A stretch of 54,015 nt of DNA from Methylotenera sp. (GCA_041687795.1 JBDNJL010000106.1:1-54015), one strand, 5' to 3'; shown: positions 40,472 through 51,201, counted from the first letter of the stretch. Notes: generated by a model from the letters alone, not told the origin. A program made the numbers and translations.

Positions 40472-41020
40472 ATGCATAATTATCAAAGACTTGCATGGGC
40501 AATTACAGGTTCAGGGCATTACCTACGCGAGTCGTTAGCTTTACTTAAAACTTTAACAAACGTTGATATTTTTTTAAGTAAAGCCGCTACTGAAATCATT
40601 AAACAATATGGTTTTCAAGCCGAGTTAGATGCAACAGGACATAAAACATACCAAGATAAAACCGCCAGTAGCGTTCCCGTAGAACTGTTTTATCAGGGCA
40701 AATATCATACCTTAGTGGTTGCGCCAGCAACCTCAAATACGGTTGCAAAAATGGCATACGGTTTTTCAGATAGTCTAGTCACAAACTTATACGCGCAAGC
40801 AGGAAAGCGGCGGGTAGAGAGCATCGTGTTTGCATGCGACACAACGCCAGAACTCACTTCAGAAGCGCCTCGAAATAACCTTGTGAAGGTATATCCGCGA
40901 CAAATTGATTTAGATAATATGCAAAAGCTTAAAACATTTGAAACCACTTTAGTGGTTGAAGATATGCACACTTTGAGTGTAGCCATTCAGACAAGGCTAA
41001 ATTCGCTAGCGCATGGCTAA
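40472..41020 (+). CDS. Archaeal-type flavoprotein (AfpA/DmrB family), likely dihydromethanopterin reductase
   Basis: AWAITGSGH, APATSNTVAK, DSLVTN flavoprotein motifs; adjacent to H4MPT genes. Confidence 0.75.
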   Translation: MHNYQRLAWAITGSGHYLRESLALLKTLTNVDIFLSKAATEIIKQYGFQAELDATGHKTYQDKTASSVPVELFYQGKYHTLVVAPATSNTVAKMAYGFSDSLVTNLYAQAGKRRVESIVFACDTTPELTSEAPRNNLVKVYPRQIDLDNMQKLKTFETTLVVEDMHTLSVAIQTRLNSLAHG

Positions 41021-42449
41021 AAATCTACTTTTTTTGACGGGCAAGCTAGCAGAAAAAAGTTTGAACAAAGTGCTGGCAGAAGTTCAAAAACATCCCAAAA
41101 CGCCTGCTTTTAAATATCGAGTGCATCAAATCGGCGTATCTGTTGCCGCGTTAATGACTTCAGATTTAATTGCACGTCGATTAAAAGAAACAGGTGATGC
41201 GGATAAACTTATTTTACCAGGACTTTGCCAAGGCGACTTAGCGCAGTTAGAAACGCAATATGGTATTCCTGTAGAACGCGGACCAACCGATTTAAAAGAT
41301 TTACCGCAATATTTTGGTCATGGCGGAATCACGCCAGATTTAAGTCAATACAGTGTAAAAATATTTGCCGAGATAGTTGATGCGCCATTTTTAAGTATTG
41401 AAGGTATTATTAAAAAAGCGTTGCAATATCAAGCTCAAGGCGCAAATGTGATTGATTTAGGTTGCTTGCCAACCGTACCATTTTTACATTTGACTGAAAC
41501 GATTCAGGCACTTAAAGCGTTGAATTTAAAGGTAAGTGTAGATTCTCTAAATTCTGATGATTTATTATCTGCAGGTAAAGCTGGTGCAGATTATTTACTA
41601 AGCCTGACTGAGAAAACGCTTTGGATTGCTGATGAAGTTGCTGCTACCCCTATACTTATTCCCGCAAAACTGCATAGTTTGCCATCACTATATCGTGCGA
41701 TTGAAATTTGCCTTAAACGCAATAAACCATTCATTGCCGATGCGATTTTAGATCCTATTCATTTTGGGTTTACAGATTCAATTGTGCGCTATCAAAAGCT
41801 CCGAAAAAAATATCCTGATATTGAAGTTATGATGGGTGTAGGCAATTTAACGGAGCTTACTGATGCTGATACCACGGGCATTAACGCGCTACTTTTTGGC
41901 ATTATTAGTGAGCTGCAAATTAATGCAGTGTTAGCAACTTCAGTAAGCCCACATGCACTTAACGCTATTTCACAGGCAGATATTGCACGGCGTGTAATGT
42001 TTGCCGCTAAAGCCGATGGTAGATTGCCACGTGGTTATAGTCATGGTTTATTGGGATTACATGATAGAAAACCGTTTACTTATACAACAGATGAAATTAA
42101 AGAAACCGCGAGTCAAATTAAAGATCCAAGTTTTCGCATTCAGGTAAGCGAAGAGGGCGTGCATATTTACAATCGTGATGGCATATTTGAAGCTACGGAT
42201 CCTTTTGATTTATATCAATATTTAAAAGTAGAAGATGACGCCTCGCATGCGTTTTACTTAGGTGTGGAGTTGGCGCGCGCTCAAATTGCTTGGCAACTCA
42301 ATAAGCGTTATGTGCAAGACCAAGAATTAACATGGGGTGTAGCAACTAAAGTTACTAATGTTTCCGCTAAGCAATCTCATCGAGAAGTATTTATGAAAGA
42401 AAAAAAAGAAGCTACAAAAAATAGTGTTAGCAAAACCAAGAGTGAATAA
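41013..42449 (+). CDS. Dihydropteroate-synthase-like protein for H4MPT synthesis (methylotroph Orf20 type)
   Basis: FLTGKLAE, IFAEIVDAP pterin-binding barrel, GNLTELTDAD, HAFYLGVELARA. Confidence 0.8.
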   Translation: MAKNLLFLTGKLAEKSLNKVLAEVQKHPKTPAFKYRVHQIGVSVAALMTSDLIARRLKETGDADKLILPGLCQGDLAQLETQYGIPVERGPTDLKDLPQYFGHGGITPDLSQYSVKIFAEIVDAPFLSIEGIIKKALQYQAQGANVIDLGCLPTVPFLHLTETIQALKALNLKVSVDSLNSDDLLSAGKAGADYLLSLTEKTLWIADEVAATPILIPAKLHSLPSLYRAIEICLKRNKPFIADAILDPIHFGFTDSIVRYQKLRKKYPDIEVMMGVGNLTELTDADTTGINALLFGIISELQINAVLATSVSPHALNAISQADIARRVMFAAKADGRLPRGYSHGLLGLHDRKPFTYTTDEIKETASQIKDPSFRIQVSEEGVHIYNRDGIFEATDPFDLYQYLKVEDDASHAFYLGVELARAQIAWQLNKRYVQDQELTWGVATKVTNVSAKQSHREVFMKEKKEATKNSVSKTKSE

Positions 42450-42458
42450 CTGCATATT

Positions 42459-43049
42459 ATGATTTTAGAAACCATCATCATTACACAAGATATACAAGGT
42501 CATGTGCATGTGACACCATTTGGTATTCAAATGCAAGATGATATGGTTGTCATTTCACCTTTTAAACCTTCTGCAACGTTAGAAAACATCTTGGCGACAC
42601 GCGTTGCGGTAATGAATCTAACCGATGATGTGCGTATGTTCGCTGCCGCACTTACAGGCCGAAAATCTTCGGATACAGTGCTTTCAAATTTAACCCCAGT
42701 AAATAAAGTCGCAGGTTTTAGATTAAGAAATACGTTAGCACATCAAGAGCTAAGACTTGTAAGCGTTGAAGATGATGCAATACGCCCTAAGCTTTTTTTG
42801 CAGATTGTGCACCAAGAAAACCATCAGCCATTTGCTGGGTTTAATCGCGCACAAGCATCAGTAATAGAGTTGGCGGTGTTAGTGAGTAGATTAAATCGCT
42901 TACCCGCGGAAAAAATTATACAAGAAATGGCGTATTTACAAATTGCCATAGATAAAACAGCAGGTCCCCGAGAGCTTGAGGCATGGGGCTGGCTGGTTGA
43001 GGCTGTAGAGAATTACCAAGCTGCAGTTAAATTCGAGAATTTAGCATGA
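42459..43049 (+). CDS. DUF447 family protein (methylotroph Orf19 type)
   Basis: ETIIIT...PFG, PFKPSATLEN, FNRAQASVIELAVLVSR, IDKTAG. Confidence 0.78.
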   Translation: MILETIIITQDIQGHVHVTPFGIQMQDDMVVISPFKPSATLENILATRVAVMNLTDDVRMFAAALTGRKSSDTVLSNLTPVNKVAGFRLRNTLAHQELRLVSVEDDAIRPKLFLQIVHQENHQPFAGFNRAQASVIELAVLVSRLNRLPAEKIIQEMAYLQIAIDKTAGPRELEAWGWLVEAVENYQAAVKFENLA

Positions 43050-43867
43050 CGCAATTGTTAATTAGCGTTATGAATGTTCAAGAAGCAAGCATTGCAATAG
43101 CGCATGGTGCTGATATTATTGATTTAAAAGACCCAAAGACGGGTGCGCTAGGCGCGTTACCGATAACAACAATTAAAAGCATAGTCGATTTTATTAACGG
43201 CGCAAGACCGACTAGCGCAACGGTTGGTGACTTGCCTGCGCAAAATAGCGTGCAAGTTGAAGTGCTCGTAAACGCAGTTTTACTACTTGTTGAGACGAAT
43301 GTAGATTTTATTAAAATTGGCTTTTATGTAACAGAGGATTATCAGCCATGTTTAAGCGAGCTTAAAAATCTCATTAAAAGGTGTTTGCCAAAAACCGTTA
43401 AGTTAATTGCAGTATTGTTCGCCGAATATGATTATCCAGCAGAACTAACAAGTGAGTTGAAGAAAGCAGGTTTTGTCGGCGTGATGATAGATACCGCAAT
43501 AAAAAACGGTAAAATTTATAGTGATTATCAAAGCTTTAAGATTACTAAAAAATTTGCCGATGAAGCAATATTACACAATTTAAGTTTTGGTTTAGCAGGC
43601 TCACTTAGTTTTAAGGACATTGGAGATGCTAAGCGTTTTTCACCAACTTACTTAGGTTTTAGAGGCGGTGTTTGCGATAGAAATACGCGTCAAGAAAACT
43701 TAAATATTCAACAAATAAGCAAGATTCGTAATTTGATAAATATGTTGTGTAAAAAACAACAGTTTGCATGTAATTTAACTTGCAAGCTAATAGTTAGATC
43801 TCTAGCGCATTGCAAGCTATCTACAGTTTTAGTATTATTAGATGATAAAATTTTAGATTTATATTAA
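43046..43867 (+). CDS. mfnB: (5-formylfuran-3-yl)methyl phosphate synthase (MfnB / Orf22, DUF556)
   Basis: LLISV, GADIIDLKDP..GALGAL, SATVGD, MIDTAIK, GLAGSL, LGFRG. Confidence 0.88.
   Translation: MTQLLISVMNVQEASIAIAHGADIIDLKDPKTGALGALPITTIKSIVDFINGARPTSATVGDLPAQNSVQVEVLVNAVLLLVETNVDFIKIGFYVTEDYQPCLSELKNLIKRCLPKTVKLIAVLFAEYDYPAELTSELKKAGFVGVMIDTAIKNGKIYSDYQSFKITKKFADEAILHNLSFGLAGSLSFKDIGDAKRFSPTYLGFRGGVCDRNTRQENLNIQQISKIRNLINMLCKKQQFACNLTCKLIVRSLAHCKLSTVLVLLDDKILDLY
43377..43406 (+). repeat. Dispersed 30-bp repeat, copy 11 (degenerate, in frame inside mfnB)
   Basis: AAAGGTGTTTGCCAAAAACCGTTAAGTTAA, 24/30 to consensus; encodes RCLPKTVKL. Confidence 0.75.
43810..43838 (+). promoter_or_regulatory. 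Candidate sigma70 promoter for ompA
   Basis: TTGCAA-N17-TATTAT, upstream of the AGGAG SD and ATG 43883. Confidence 0.5.
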
Positions 43868-43882
43868 ATAGGAGCAAAACTA

Positions 43883-44989
43883 ATGAAAAAAAATATTCTT
43901 AATATCGCAGTAGCCGCAACACTTGGTTTCGTAGCATTCTCAGCTTCATCTGAAGATATGTACCGCGGTGCTTGGTACGCAGTACCTGGAGCCAGCTACA
44001 CAAACCCAGACAGTGATTTAGAGTCTCGTAATGATGGTGCAGGTATATTCTTGCGCATGGGTAAAGAATTAAGTGAGTCATGGGATATTCAGTTTGGTAT
44101 CAGTCAAGCTAGGACAGGAAACGATCTTAATGGCGTGGGTGGCCGATACAGGCAATCAATGTTAGGTGCTGATGCACTATATTTCTTTAGCCGTGATAAA
44201 TTCCGTCCATTCGTATTGGCTGGTTTAGGTGTTGCTCGTAACAGAGTTAATTACGACGGTATTGATTTAGATGATAAAAGTAAAACTTCACCATATGCTA
44301 ACGTTGGTTTAGGCGCTCAATATTTAATAACTGATAACTTTGGCTTACAAGCTGACGTTCGTCACGTATGGAGTAAATCTGGTACACAATCTATCAATGC
44401 AGATGCTGGTAGACTTAACGCTGACGAAACAGTGGGCAATACGTATGTTAACTTAGGTGCAATTTTCCGTTTTGGTGCGCCAGCTCCAGTTGCAATGGCT
44501 GAACCTACACCAGAGCCATTAGCGCCTGTAGCGGTTGCAGTTGCTCCAGAGCCAGAACCAGTTCAAGCGGCATTGCCTGTTGTGCCTGCATGTAACGAAA
44601 AATTTCAAACTGTTGAAGTTTCAGCGGAAAAATTATTTGGCTTTGATAAATCAAAATTAGCTGACGACGGTAAAGCGGAATTAGACGCAGCTATCCAAAA
44701 AATCAAAGCGCATCCAGCGTTAGTTTTGGTATTAGTAACAGGTCACACGGACCGCATTGGTTCAGAAGCTTACAACCAAAAATTATCAGAGCGACGTGCT
44801 AACCAAGTTAAAGAATATATGGTTGCAAATGGTGTTGATGCCTCACGTTTACAAGCAGCTGGCAAAGGTGAATCAGAGCCAGTAGTCGGTTGTGAAGGTT
44901 TGCGTGGAAAAGCAGTTGTTGAGTGCTTAGCGCCAAATCGCCGCGTTGTAATTTCAGCTGAAGAGAAAATCGAGGCTGGTTGTAAATAA
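43883..44989 (+). CDS. ompA: OmpA family outer membrane protein
   Basis: Signal peptide, beta-barrel, Pro/Glu linker, GHTDRIGSEAYNQKLSERRA, LAPNRRV. Confidence 0.92.
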   Translation: MKKNILNIAVAATLGFVAFSASSEDMYRGAWYAVPGASYTNPDSDLESRNDGAGIFLRMGKELSESWDIQFGISQARTGNDLNGVGGRYRQSMLGADALYFFSRDKFRPFVLAGLGVARNRVNYDGIDLDDKSKTSPYANVGLGAQYLITDNFGLQADVRHVWSKSGTQSINADAGRLNADETVGNTYVNLGAIFRFGAPAPVAMAEPTPEPLAPVAVAVAPEPEPVQAALPVVPACNEKFQTVEVSAEKLFGFDKSKLADDGKAELDAAIQKIKAHPALVLVLVTGHTDRIGSEAYNQKLSERRANQVKEYMVANGVDASRLQAAGKGESEPVVGCEGLRGKAVVECLAPNRRVVISAEEKIEAGCK

Positions 44990-45045
44990 GATTTATTATT
45001 CCATTAAGTAACTAATATTATTTAATTAGATAATTAAATAAATCT

Positions 45046-45077
45046 AAAAAAGCCCCGATAACACGGGGCTTTTTTTT
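45046..45077 (+). terminator. Intrinsic terminator of ompA
   Basis: AAAAAAGCCCCG-ATAACA-CGGGGCTTTTTTTT. Confidence 0.92.
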
Positions 45078-45210
45078 GGCAAAAGTATGCGACAAAAATG
45101 TTGTTTAAATAATAAATAATTAGCTTACAAAGTCTAAGTTTAAACAGTAAAGTACTAATAGTTTAATATTCATTAAAAATTACGCATACAAAATAGTAGC
45201 CGAGAACCGC

Positions 45211-46593
45211 ATGTTAGAGATTAAATTAGACAAAACTATTAAAAATAGTACCGATATGCTAAACCCAGCGCTTAAAAAAACGGATTTAATTATTGAATCA
45301 CGTTGGCTTGCCACAGTGAATGCAAATAATACCGTGCTGGAAAATCATGCAGTTATAGTTAAAAATGGTGAAATCATTGAGATATTACCTATTATTGAGT
45401 CCAGGCAACAATACACGTCTGATTCAGTCATATTTTTAGATGACCATATAATAATTCCAGGCTTAATTAATTTACATACACATGCTGCTATGTCCTTAAT
45501 GAGAGGTGTTGCAGACGATACTTCTTTAATGACTTGGTTGAATGAGCATATTTGGCCAATTGAGCGAGCACTAGTTTCTGAGCGTTATGTACAAAATGCA
45601 ACTACTTTAGCCTGTGCAGAAATGTTAAGCGGAGGTATTACGTGTTTTAACGATATGTACTTTTTTCCAGAGCAAACTGCAATTGCTGCAAGCCAAGCTG
45701 GGATGCGTGCAAATTTAGGCTTAGTGGTGTTAGATTTTGCAAGTAACTACGCGAGCGATGCGGAAGACTATTTAAAAAAAGGCTTTGATACACGCGACAA
45801 CTGGCGGCACGACAATTTAATTTCATTTTGCATTGCACCGCACGCACCTTATACGGTTTCAAACCAAACGTTTGAAAAGGTGGTGACATATGCTGAACAA
45901 TTGTCATTAGGTATTCATACGCACTTACATGAAACACGCGATGAAATTGCCCAATCTGACTCTCAATTTGGGGTTCGACCATTACAACGAATGTTAGATT
46001 TAGGGGTATTAGGGCCAAACCTAACTGCTGCGCATTGTGTGCACTTACAAGCACACGAAATTGAGAAGCTTGCAGAATATGGCTGCCATGTAGCACACTG
46101 CCCAAGCTCTAACTTAAAGCTTGGAAGTGGCATAGCTCCAATTACACAAATGCTTAAAGCATCCATTAACATAGGTTTAGGCACAGATGGCGTAGCGAGT
46201 AATAACCGTTTAGATTTATTTGCCGAAATGCGCTTAAGCGCTTTGTTAGCAAAAGGCGCGAGTGAAGATGCAACCTCATTATCAGCGCCTCAAGCGCTAG
46301 CTATGGCAACAATTAATGCAGCAAAAGCTATGGGTATGGATACTAAAATTGGCTCGATTGAAGTTGGTAAATATGCTGATTTGACTGCAGTAAAGTTAAG
46401 TGATTTTAATAATCAGCCATGTTATGACCCAATTTCACATTTGGTTTATGCATGCGGTCGCGAACATGTCACCCATACTTGGGTGGCAGGGGAATTACGC
46501 TATAACGATGGTGTCTATTCGAACATTGAGCCCACTGAATTAAAGGAAATTATTAGTATATGGCAACCAAAAGTAAGACAACAACAAAAATGA
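45211..46593 (+). CDS. mtaD: TRZ/ATZ amidohydrolase, likely 5'-methylthioadenosine/SAH deaminase
   Basis: [35 protein letters not shown]; upstream of ubiG. Confidence 0.8.
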   Translation: MLEIKLDKTIKNSTDMLNPALKKTDLIIESRWLATVNANNTVLENHAVIVKNGEIIEILPIIESRQQYTSDSVIFLDDHIIIPGLINLHTHAAMSLMRGVADDTSLMTWLNEHIWPIERALVSERYVQNATTLACAEMLSGGITCFNDMYFFPEQTAIAASQAGMRANLGLVVLDFASNYASDAEDYLKKGFDTRDNWRHDNLISFCIAPHAPYTVSNQTFEKVVTYAEQLSLGIHTHLHETRDEIAQSDSQFGVRPLQRMLDLGVLGPNLTAAHCVHLQAHEIEKLAEYGCHVAHCPSSNLKLGSGIAPITQMLKASINIGLGTDGVASNNRLDLFAEMRLSALLAKGASEDATSLSAPQALAMATINAAKAMGMDTKIGSIEVGKYADLTAVKLSDFNNQPCYDPISHLVYACGREHVTHTWVAGELRYNDGVYSNIEPTELKEIISIWQPKVRQQQK

Positions 46594-47309
46594 CCACCCA
46601 AAATATTGAAGCAGTCAATGCAGATGAGCTAGAATTGCAGAAATTTGGTGACCTTGCCCACAAATGGTGGGATAAAAATAGCGAATTCAAGCCCTTGCAT
46701 GAAATCAACCCTTTGCGACTAGGGTTTATAGATGGTTTAGCGTCGCTTAAAGATAAGCGAGTCCTTGATGTTGGCTGTGGTGGTGGTATTTTATCAGAGT
46801 CTATGTTTTTTAAAGGTGCTGATGTAACTGGCATAGATTTAGGCGAGAAAGCGCTTAATGTTGCTAAATTGCACCAACTCGAAAGCGACGCTAAAGTAAA
46901 TTATCAGTGTATTGCAGTTGAAGAGTTGGCAAAACTTGAGCCTCATAGCTTTGATGTGATCACTTGCATGGAAATGTTAGAACACGTCCCCGACCCAGCG
47001 GCGATTGTTAAAGCATGTGCTAAGCTAATAAAGCCAAATGGCTCAGTATTTTTTTCTACTATTAACCGAAATCCTAAAGCGTATTTGTTTGCAGTGATTG
47101 GTGCTGAATATCTGTTGAATATGCTACCTAAAGGCACGCATGATTATGCAAAATTCATTAAACCATCAGAACTGGCAAGTTGGGCTAGGACGGCTAACTT
47201 AAACCTAAATGAAGTACGTGGTATGAGTTATAACCCAATTACTCAATACTATTCGCTGGGAAGTGATGTTTCAGTCAATTACCTCATGCATACAACTTTG
47301 CTTGGATGA
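46590..47309 (+). CDS. ubiG: Ubiquinone biosynthesis O-methyltransferase
   Basis: WWD...[28 protein letters not shown]; ATGA overlap at 46590. Confidence 0.96.
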   Translation: MTTQNIEAVNADELELQKFGDLAHKWWDKNSEFKPLHEINPLRLGFIDGLASLKDKRVLDVGCGGGILSESMFFKGADVTGIDLGEKALNVAKLHQLESDAKVNYQCIAVEELAKLEPHSFDVITCMEMLEHVPDPAAIVKACAKLIKPNGSVFFSTINRNPKAYLFAVIGAEYLLNMLPKGTHDYAKFIKPSELASWARTANLNLNEVRGMSYNPITQYYSLGSDVSVNYLMHTTLLG

Positions 47310-47313
47310 GTGA

Positions 47314-48006
47314 ATGAGCCAAACTTTAACTGGGAATACAAGAGTAGTGCTTTTTGATTTAGATGGCACATTAGTTGATACTGCACATGATTTAGGTTTG
47401 GCGCTCAACATGCAATTGGTGCGACACGGAAAACCTACAATAGCCCATGAAAAAATATGGCCAATCGCATCGCATGGTTCACGAGGTTTGCTCGAGCTTG
47501 GTTTTGAAATTACACCAAGTGATGAATGCTTTGAGGCAATGCGTAAAGAATATTTAGACTTATATGAAGAAGTATTTACTAATCAGCCAATATTGCTACC
47601 AGGTATTGAAGCGCTATTAATAAAATTATATGCCCAAAATATTATTTGGGGCATTGTGACAAATAAGCCTCGTAGATTTTCTGTAAACTTAATCAATGCA
47701 GTAATCTTTAATGGTAAGTACTTAAGTGATTATTCTGCATGCCTATTATGTGGTGATGATGCAGTCACTCCTAAGCCATCGCCTGATACTTTGTTGATGG
47801 CATGTGAAGCACTCGATACTAAGCCAGAAAATTGCATTTATGTGGGTGATGCAGAGCGTGATGTACAAGCGGCTAAGGCAGCAGGAATGCCGTCTGTTGT
47901 AGCACTATTTGGTTATATCGCAGAAAAGGACAATCCAGCAGAGTGGGGCGCAGATTTTATGATAAAGCAGCCAGGTGAGCTACTGTGTTTACTTACTGCT
48001 AACTAA
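47314..48006 (+). CDS. gph: HAD phosphatase (phosphoglycolate / MurNAc-6-P phosphatase-like)
   Basis: FDLDGTLVD, VTNKP, KPSP, YVGDAERD; follows ubiG. Substrate uncertain. Confidence 0.75.
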   Translation: MSQTLTGNTRVVLFDLDGTLVDTAHDLGLALNMQLVRHGKPTIAHEKIWPIASHGSRGLLELGFEITPSDECFEAMRKEYLDLYEEVFTNQPILLPGIEALLIKLYAQNIIWGIVTNKPRRFSVNLINAVIFNGKYLSDYSACLLCGDDAVTPKPSPDTLLMACEALDTKPENCIYVGDAERDVQAAKAAGMPSVVALFGYIAEKDNPAEWGADFMIKQPGELLCLLTAN

Positions 48007-48210
48007 ATTTGTTTAAACATACTCTAGCTATTAACTGGCAACACTTAAAGCTTAGAAGTTGATTTTTTTTCAATTTGTTGCATTCTCATTTTTTTAAATC
48101 TTAATGAGCAAGCCTAACCTTTAAAATAGCAGTCGTGAAACTCTGCTTACCAAACATGCTGACTAAATTTGCATAATATATGAGAAAAAAGATGGGTAAG
48201 CGGTTACAGT

Positions 48211-48810
48211 TTATTTAATACTCCGCCGCTCAATCATTGCTTGCGCTAGCGTGCCACTATCTACATATTCAATTTCTCCACCCATTGGCATGCCTCGAGC
48301 AATGCGACTTGTTTTAATGTTGCGGGCGCGAAGTAGCTCGCTCACATAATGCGCTGTGGCATCACCTTCAACAGTGTAATTGGTAGCTAATATCACTTCT
48401 TGCACCACGCCATCTCGCGCACGTTTGATTAGTTTATCTAAATTAATTTCTTTCGGACCAACCCCATCAAGCGGAGAGAGTCTGCCCATTAGCACAAAAT
48501 ATAGGCCTGAATAGGCATGAGTATTTTCTAGCATCATTAAATCTGTTGGCATTTCAATCACACACAGTAAGCTTTTATCGCGATTATCATCGTCACATAG
48601 TTGGCAAATCGGCTGCTCGCTAAACGTATTGCAAAGCCTACAGTGGCTTACTACCTGCAATGCACTATCTAAACTTAATGCTAATTTAGAGGCACCTTTT
48701 CTATCGCGCTGTAATAAATAATACGCCATACGCTGGGCAGATTTTGGACCCACCCCTGGTAAACAGAGAAGGCTATCAATGAGCTGTTCTAATGCAGGCG
48801 GGTTTTTCAT
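48211..48810 (-). CDS. recR: Recombination mediator RecR
   Basis: [12 protein letters not shown]4 zinc finger, TOPRIM domain. Confidence 0.96.
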   Translation of the reverse strand: MKNPPALEQLIDSLLCLPGVGPKSAQRMAYYLLQRDRKGASKLALSLDSALQVVSHCRLCNTFSEQPICQLCDDDNRDKSLLCVIEMPTDLMMLENTHAYSGLYFVLMGRLSPLDGVGPKEINLDKLIKRARDGVVQEVILATNYTVEGDATAHYVSELLRARNIKTSRIARGMPMGGEIEYVDSGTLAQAMIERRSIK

Positions 48811-48850
48811 TAAGCTGAAGCTGAAAGTTTCGTATTAAAAACCGTGCTAA

Positions 48851-49159
48851 TTAAAATGGTAGTTTCATACCAGCAGGCATATAGTTTGCCATTTTGGCCG
48901 ATGAAGTTACCTCAGCTTTTACATTAGCGTCTTTTAAAGCAATCACCAATAAATCTTCGAGTGTTTCTTTATCTTCCATGACGCTATCATCCAATGTCAC
49001 GCGCTTTACTTCATTTTTGCAGGTCATTTGAATTTTGACTAAGCCGTTTGCCGCAACACCCTCAACTTCAATGTTTGCTAACTCTTCTTGTGCTTTTTGC
49101 ATATTGGCTTGCATTTGTTGGGCTTGCTTCATTAGATTTCCCATGCCACCTTTCATCAT
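48851..49159 (-). CDS. ybaB: Nucleoid-associated protein YbaB/EbfC
   Basis: [18 protein letters not shown]; between dnaX and recR. Confidence 0.95.
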   Translation of the reverse strand: MMKGGMGNLMKQAQQMQANMQKAQEELANIEVEGVAANGLVKIQMTCKNEVKRVTLDDSVMEDKETLEDLLVIALKDANVKAEVTSSAKMANYMPAGMKLPF

Positions 49160-49194
49160 TTTGCTTTTCCTTACGTTTAGTTAAATTTAAGTTA

Positions 49195-50865
49195 TTAAAT
49201 GGGCTTAATACTATTAGGGATAATTTCTGCATCAAAATCTTGAATGAGCGCTTGTACAAAGCTGTCTTCTTCAATCGCATTCACTGCATTAGCTTGTGCG
49301 GTAGCTTTTTCTTCAAACACTTGTTTGGCGACAGTATTGCCTGTACCGCCTATGTTAAATTGCAGTTTTATTTTTTTATCGTAAAACTGTGAAATTACAC
49401 TGCTTAATTTTTCTTGATAATTAAGCAATAGCAAGCCTTTTTGTGCCTCTGGTACGCTAAACGACATACTGTTTTCATCAAAACTCACTAGTTCACAGTG
49501 TAGTGCAAGTGTGCGTGCTAAGCCCAGTTTGAGCTCATCAATCAAACCACGCCAGTTGCCGTTGAAAATAAGGTTAGTATTTTGTTGCGGTTTTTCAGAA
49601 AAATGACTGTCTTCAGGATTGGCTTGAGTATGAGATATTTCTGAGCTAAATGTTGGCGCAATTAATTCAGTTTTTTTCTCAGCTAAAGCATTAGGACTAC
49701 TATTGTTTCCTATCGCCACTTTAACCGAGGATGGAATCGCGGTTGTTGGCGCATTATCATTAATGTGTCCAACGCTGGTTTGGTTTGGAGTAAAAGCTAG
49801 CATGCGCATTAAGCTCATGGTAAAGCCAGCAAATTCATCTGGCGCTAAGCTAATATCTCGTCGACCTAACAATGCAATTTGATAATAAAGCTGTAATGTT
49901 TCTGCAGGTAATTTTTGCGCTAAATTTAGTAATTTTTGGCGATCGGGTAGGTCGTCTGCAATACTATCTGGTACTGTTTGCGCCACGGCAATTTGGTGTA
50001 ATAGTTGTGCTAAATCATTTAAAGCCACGTCGAACGATAAGCTGCGTTCTTCCATCACTTTTGCTTGCGCAAATAAGCTTTTTCCATCATTAGCTAAGAG
50101 CGCATCTATCATTTGGTATAAATAACTTTGGTCTATTGCGCCTAACATAGCACGCACTTCAGCTTCGTTGACAGTTTGTCCACCGTAGGCAATGGCTTGG
50201 TCTGTTAGTGACAATGCATCACGCATGCTGCCTGCAGCAGCGCGCGAAATTAAGTGCAGGGCAGTAGGTTCAAAAGCAATATTTTCTTGTGTAAGAATGT
50301 TTTTTAAATGACTGGTAATTGAAGTGCCTGCCATTTGGCGTAAATTAAATTGTAAACAGCGCGATAGGACTGTAACGGGTACTTTTTGCGGATCAGTCGT
50401 GCCAAGAATAAATTTTACGTGTGAAGGCGGCTCTTCGAGCGTTTTAAGCAGGGCATTAAAAGCCTCTTTTGTTAGTTGGTGAACTTCATCAAGCATAAAA
50501 ATCTTAAAACGCCCAAGTGTCGGTGAATATGTTGCTTGCTCTAGCAATGACCTAACATCATCTATTCCTCGAGTTGAAGCTGCATTAATTTCAATATAGT
50601 CAACAAAGTGGTCATCATCGATTCCTACGCACGCATGACATACTCCACAAGGCGTTGCGCTAATGCCAGCTTCACAATTAAGTGATTTAGCTAAAATGCG
50701 GGCTAGGGTGGTTTTGCCCACTCCCCGAGTGCCCGTAAATAAATAGGCATGGTGTAAACGATTTTGCGTGAGTGCATTGGTGAGGGCACGCACTACGTGG
50801 TCTTGCCCGACCAATGTATCAAATAATTTTGGGCGCCATTTGCGTGCTAATACTTGGTAACTCAT
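49195..50865 (-). CDS. dnaX: DNA polymerase III subunit gamma/tau
   Basis: MSYQVLARKWRP, GTRGVGKT, DEVH, SRC; start set at ATG 50865. Confidence 0.96.
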   Translation of the reverse strand: MSYQVLARKWRPKLFDTLVGQDHVVRALTNALTQNRLHHAYLFTGTRGVGKTTLARILAKSLNCEAGISATPCGVCHACVGIDDDHFVDYIEINAASTRGIDDVRSLLEQATYSPTLGRFKIFMLDEVHQLTKEAFNALLKTLEEPPSHVKFILGTTDPQKVPVTVLSRCLQFNLRQMAGTSITSHLKNILTQENIAFEPTALHLISRAAAGSMRDALSLTDQAIAYGGQTVNEAEVRAMLGAIDQSYLYQMIDALLANDGKSLFAQAKVMEERSLSFDVALNDLAQLLHQIAVAQTVPDSIADDLPDRQKLLNLAQKLPAETLQLYYQIALLGRRDISLAPDEFAGFTMSLMRMLAFTPNQTSVGHINDNAPTTAIPSSVKVAIGNNSSPNALAEKKTELIAPTFSSEISHTQANPEDSHFSEKPQQNTNLIFNGNWRGLIDELKLGLARTLALHCELVSFDENSMSFSVPEAQKGLLLLNYQEKLSSVISQFYDKKIKLQFNIGGTGNTVAKQVFEEKATAQANAVNAIEEDSFVQALIQDFDAEIIPNSIKPI

Positions 50866-51018
50866 AAGATTTAAGCGTTTACTTTCATGCAATACAAGGT
50901 CATTTTTGCGGTCTTAATCATGGTATTAACTTTAGCTGATTATGGCGGATAAGTCATGGGTAAATTGCACTGTGAGATAGATTTATGCTATTTTAAAACA
51001 TGAGGCTGACATGGGAGA

Positions 51019-51117
51019 GGTGGCGAGCCTGAACCTCGGCACTTGCTTAATAGTTGTGGCTGCTTGCTTCCGCACCTGACCAGATTGGCTACTTTACAAT
51101 GCGAGGAGACCCGCCAC
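51019..51117 (-). ncRNA. ffs: Signal recognition particle 4.5S RNA
   Basis: Minus strand GTGGCGGGTC...TCAGGTGCGGAAGCAAGCAGCC...GGCTCGCCACC: helix-8 CAGG/GGAA/AGCAG motif, paired ends, upstream of dnaX. Confidence 0.92.
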
Positions 51118-51201
51118 TTGTGATTTTACAATACTTTGCTAGTTTCGCTTACGGTGAAATGCTTTTTATTTAAAACTTAAGTATTTTGTCCTTGATTTTA
51201 G

